Of a DNA stretch of 64,000 nt, positions 62,596 to 64,000 are shown piece by piece. How positions within the stretch are numbered: position 1 is the stretch's first letter; every line of letters starts with the position of its first letter. The notes beneath the pieces are model-generated. The model worked only from the letters and a program-made list of their open reading frames with translations. It had not been told where the DNA came from and did not search any database. The stretch covers positions 47,225 through 111,224 of the forward strand of contig JAUIKS010000008.1 of assembly GCA_030430565.1 (NCBI GenBank), written 5' to 3'. Source of the stretch: Polyangia bacterium. Lineage in GTDB: Bacteria; Myxococcota_A; Polyangia; Nannocystales; Nannocystaceae. The position numbers and the translations under genes are program-made.

Positions 62596-64000
62596 ATGCT
62601 CATACACGCCCGCCGTCTCTCCCCTGCCCTCGCCCTGCTGTTCGCCGTCGCCGCGCTGCCGGCCTGCGATGAGGGCTCTCGCGACACCGCTGGCGACAGC
62701 GGCGACGGGATCGACATCGGCGACCAGGACGACGGCATCACGCCCGAGCCCGAGGATGACAGCGGCGAGCCGGGCGACGACGGCGCGGTCGAGGAGCCGA
62801 CCGAGACGCTGGATGACCTCTTCGACCTGGCCGCCGGCGAGTTCGATGTCCCGGCCGAGATCCTCAAGGCGATCTCGCTGGTCGAGACCCAGTGGCAGAT
62901 GCTCGAGACCAGCGTCGAGTTCGACGGTCAGGATCCGGCCTACGGCGTCATGGCGCTGCGCGGCTACTGGCTCGAAGAGGGCGCCGCGCGGGCGGGCGTG
63001 ACCCTCGAGGAGGCCAAGAACGACCCGCTCTCCAACATCCGCGCGGCCGCCTCGCTGCTCTCGGCCCTCGCCCTGCAAGAGGGCCTCGAGGACCGCAACC
63101 ACATCCCCGGCTGGGCGCCGATCGTCGCCATCATGAGCGGCATCACCGACCTCGAGGGCCAGTCCGAGTACATCCACAACGAGATCTACACCGCGCTCGC
63201 GGCCGGCTACGCGATCGAGAACGCCCACCTCTCGCCGGTCGTCGCGATCCCCGACTTCCAGTTCCCGCCCAAGCCCGCGGCCTCGCCCGACTACGGGCCC
63301 GCGGTCTGGAAGCCCTCGCCGAACTACAGCTCACGCCCCGGCGGCAGCATCGGCGACCCCTCGCACGTCATCATCCACACCTGTGAGGGCTCGTACAGCG
63401 GCTGCGTCAGCTGGCTGCGCAACGGCAACGCCGGCGTCAGCGCCCACTACGTCGTCAACGACAGCGGCAGCGAGATCTCGCAGCTGGTCGCCGAAGACAA
63501 GAAGGCGTGGCACATCGGCGCCAAGTACAAGTGCAACCTGAACGCCAACAAGGACTGCTGGCGCGACGGCTACAGCAACAACAACTTCACCATCGGCATC
63601 GAGCACGCCGGCTCCGCGAACCAGGCCTACTGGCAGCCCGGCCTGATCGACGCGTCGGCCAAGCTGGTCTGCAACATCACCCAGGACCACGGGATCCCGC
63701 GCGACAAGTACCACATCGTCGGTCACGGGCAGCTGCAGCCCTACAACCGCATCGACCCCGGCCCGAACTGGCCGTGGACCAAGTACATGGACCTGATCAA
63801 GGGCTACTGCGGCGACGTCGATCTGCCCGACGACCCGCAGCCCGACCCGGATCCCGATCCCGATCCCGATCCCGATCCCGATCCGCCCAACAACGGCGAG
63901 ATCTCGATCATCATCGACAGCAACAACTCGCAGAACGACGCGGGCTCGAAGATCGTGGTCTCGGGCAACTGGAACGCCGCGAACTCGACGCCGGGCTACT
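62596..64000 (+). CDS. N-acetylmuramoyl-L-alanine amidase (amidase_2/PGRP-like) lipoprotein with an acidic linker and a (DP)6 repeat. 3' end beyond window.
   Basis: Manual translation from ATG 62596: [27 protein letters not shown] (lipobox). [15 protein letters not shown] ... [27 protein letters not shown] ... IGIEHAG ... YHIVGHGQL ... DPGPNWPW matches the amidase_2 fold. Then [19 protein letters not shown]. No stop codon before 64000. Absent from the ORF track because it is open-ended. Confidence 0.7.
   Translation, partial: MLIHARRLSPALALLFAVAALPACDEGSRDTAGDSGDGIDIGDQDDGITPEPEDDSGEPGDDGAVEEPTETLDDLFDLAAGEFDVPAEILKAISLVETQWQMLETSVEFDGQDPAYGVMALRGYWLEEGAARAGVTLEEAKNDPLSNIRAAASLLSALALQEGLEDRNHIPGWAPIVAIMSGITDLEGQSEYIHNEIYTALAAGYAIENAHLSPVVAIPDFQFPPKPAASPDYGPAVWKPSPNYSSRPGGSIGDPSHVIIHTCEGSYSGCVSWLRNGNAGVSAHYVVNDSGSEISQLVAEDKKAWHIGAKYKCNLNANKDCWRDGYSNNNFTIGIEHAGSANQAYWQPGLIDASAKLVCNITQDHGIPRDKYHIVGHGQLQPYNRIDPGPNWPWTKYMDLIKGYCGDVDLPDDPQPDPDPDPDPDPDPDPPNNGEISIIIDSNNSQNDAGSKIVVSGNWNAANSTPGY

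Overview
This 64 kb window is about 70% GC and looks like chromosomal DNA from a myxobacterium or other deltaproteobacterium. Nearly all third codon positions are G/C, which creates many long antisense 'shadow' ORFs in the six-frame track. I called genes by protein composition and recognisable motifs, not by ORF length, and took coordinates from the ORF track.

Layout:
1. 1-3.5 kb: C-terminally truncated Ser/Thr kinase with a large AAA/STAND-like domain, then an MtfA-like HExxH peptidase.
2. 4.7-24.4 kb: a catabolic cluster. It holds a lipoprotein di-haem c-type cytochrome, an aldehyde dehydrogenase, a TetR regulator, three acyl-CoA dehydrogenases, a Zn-alcohol dehydrogenase, a DUF4334 protein, thiolase, FadB-like hydratase/dehydrogenase, a fourth ACAD translationally coupled to an APH-family kinase, an SDR and, on the minus strand, an acyl-CoA synthetase plus a second larger di-haem paralog. 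The second paralog is divergent from a DUF2236 (MpaB/Lcp-family) oxygenase. A 15-bp palindrome CTTGTTG-N-CAACAAG recurs in the promoter regions of this cluster.
3. 25.7-30.3 kb: secreted beta-propeller and TPR proteins, then a third di-haem paralog.
4. 30.35-32.64 kb: an island of about 40-45% GC carrying a single 727-aa P-loop NTPase. It has a NACHT/STAND-like Walker B and an N-terminal helical effector-associated-like domain, so it is a candidate horizontally acquired defence gene.
5. 32.7-44.4 kb: membrane protein, NmrA-like protein, a Tat-signal spermidine-synthase-like protein, two alpha/beta hydrolases, an SDR, a secreted Cys-repeat protein, a divergent PP2C phosphatase / Ser-Thr kinase pair, a lipoprotein, a GshB-like ATP-grasp enzyme and an HTH protein.
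6. 44.4-64 kb: CorA, MscS, MscK-like channel, a RimK-associated protease, RimK with a TrkA-C tail, a sigma54-dependent activator, an ECF sigma factor, a small protein, an AstE/AspA-family hydrolase, tRNA-Arg(TCT) and tRNA-Pro(TGG), rdgB, rph, a small K/D/E-repeat lipoprotein, a radical-SAM/DUF2344 fusion, a DnaJ-family protein, LipA, and a partial amidase_2 lipoprotein with a (DP)n repeat.

No CRISPR array, transposase or integrase was found.
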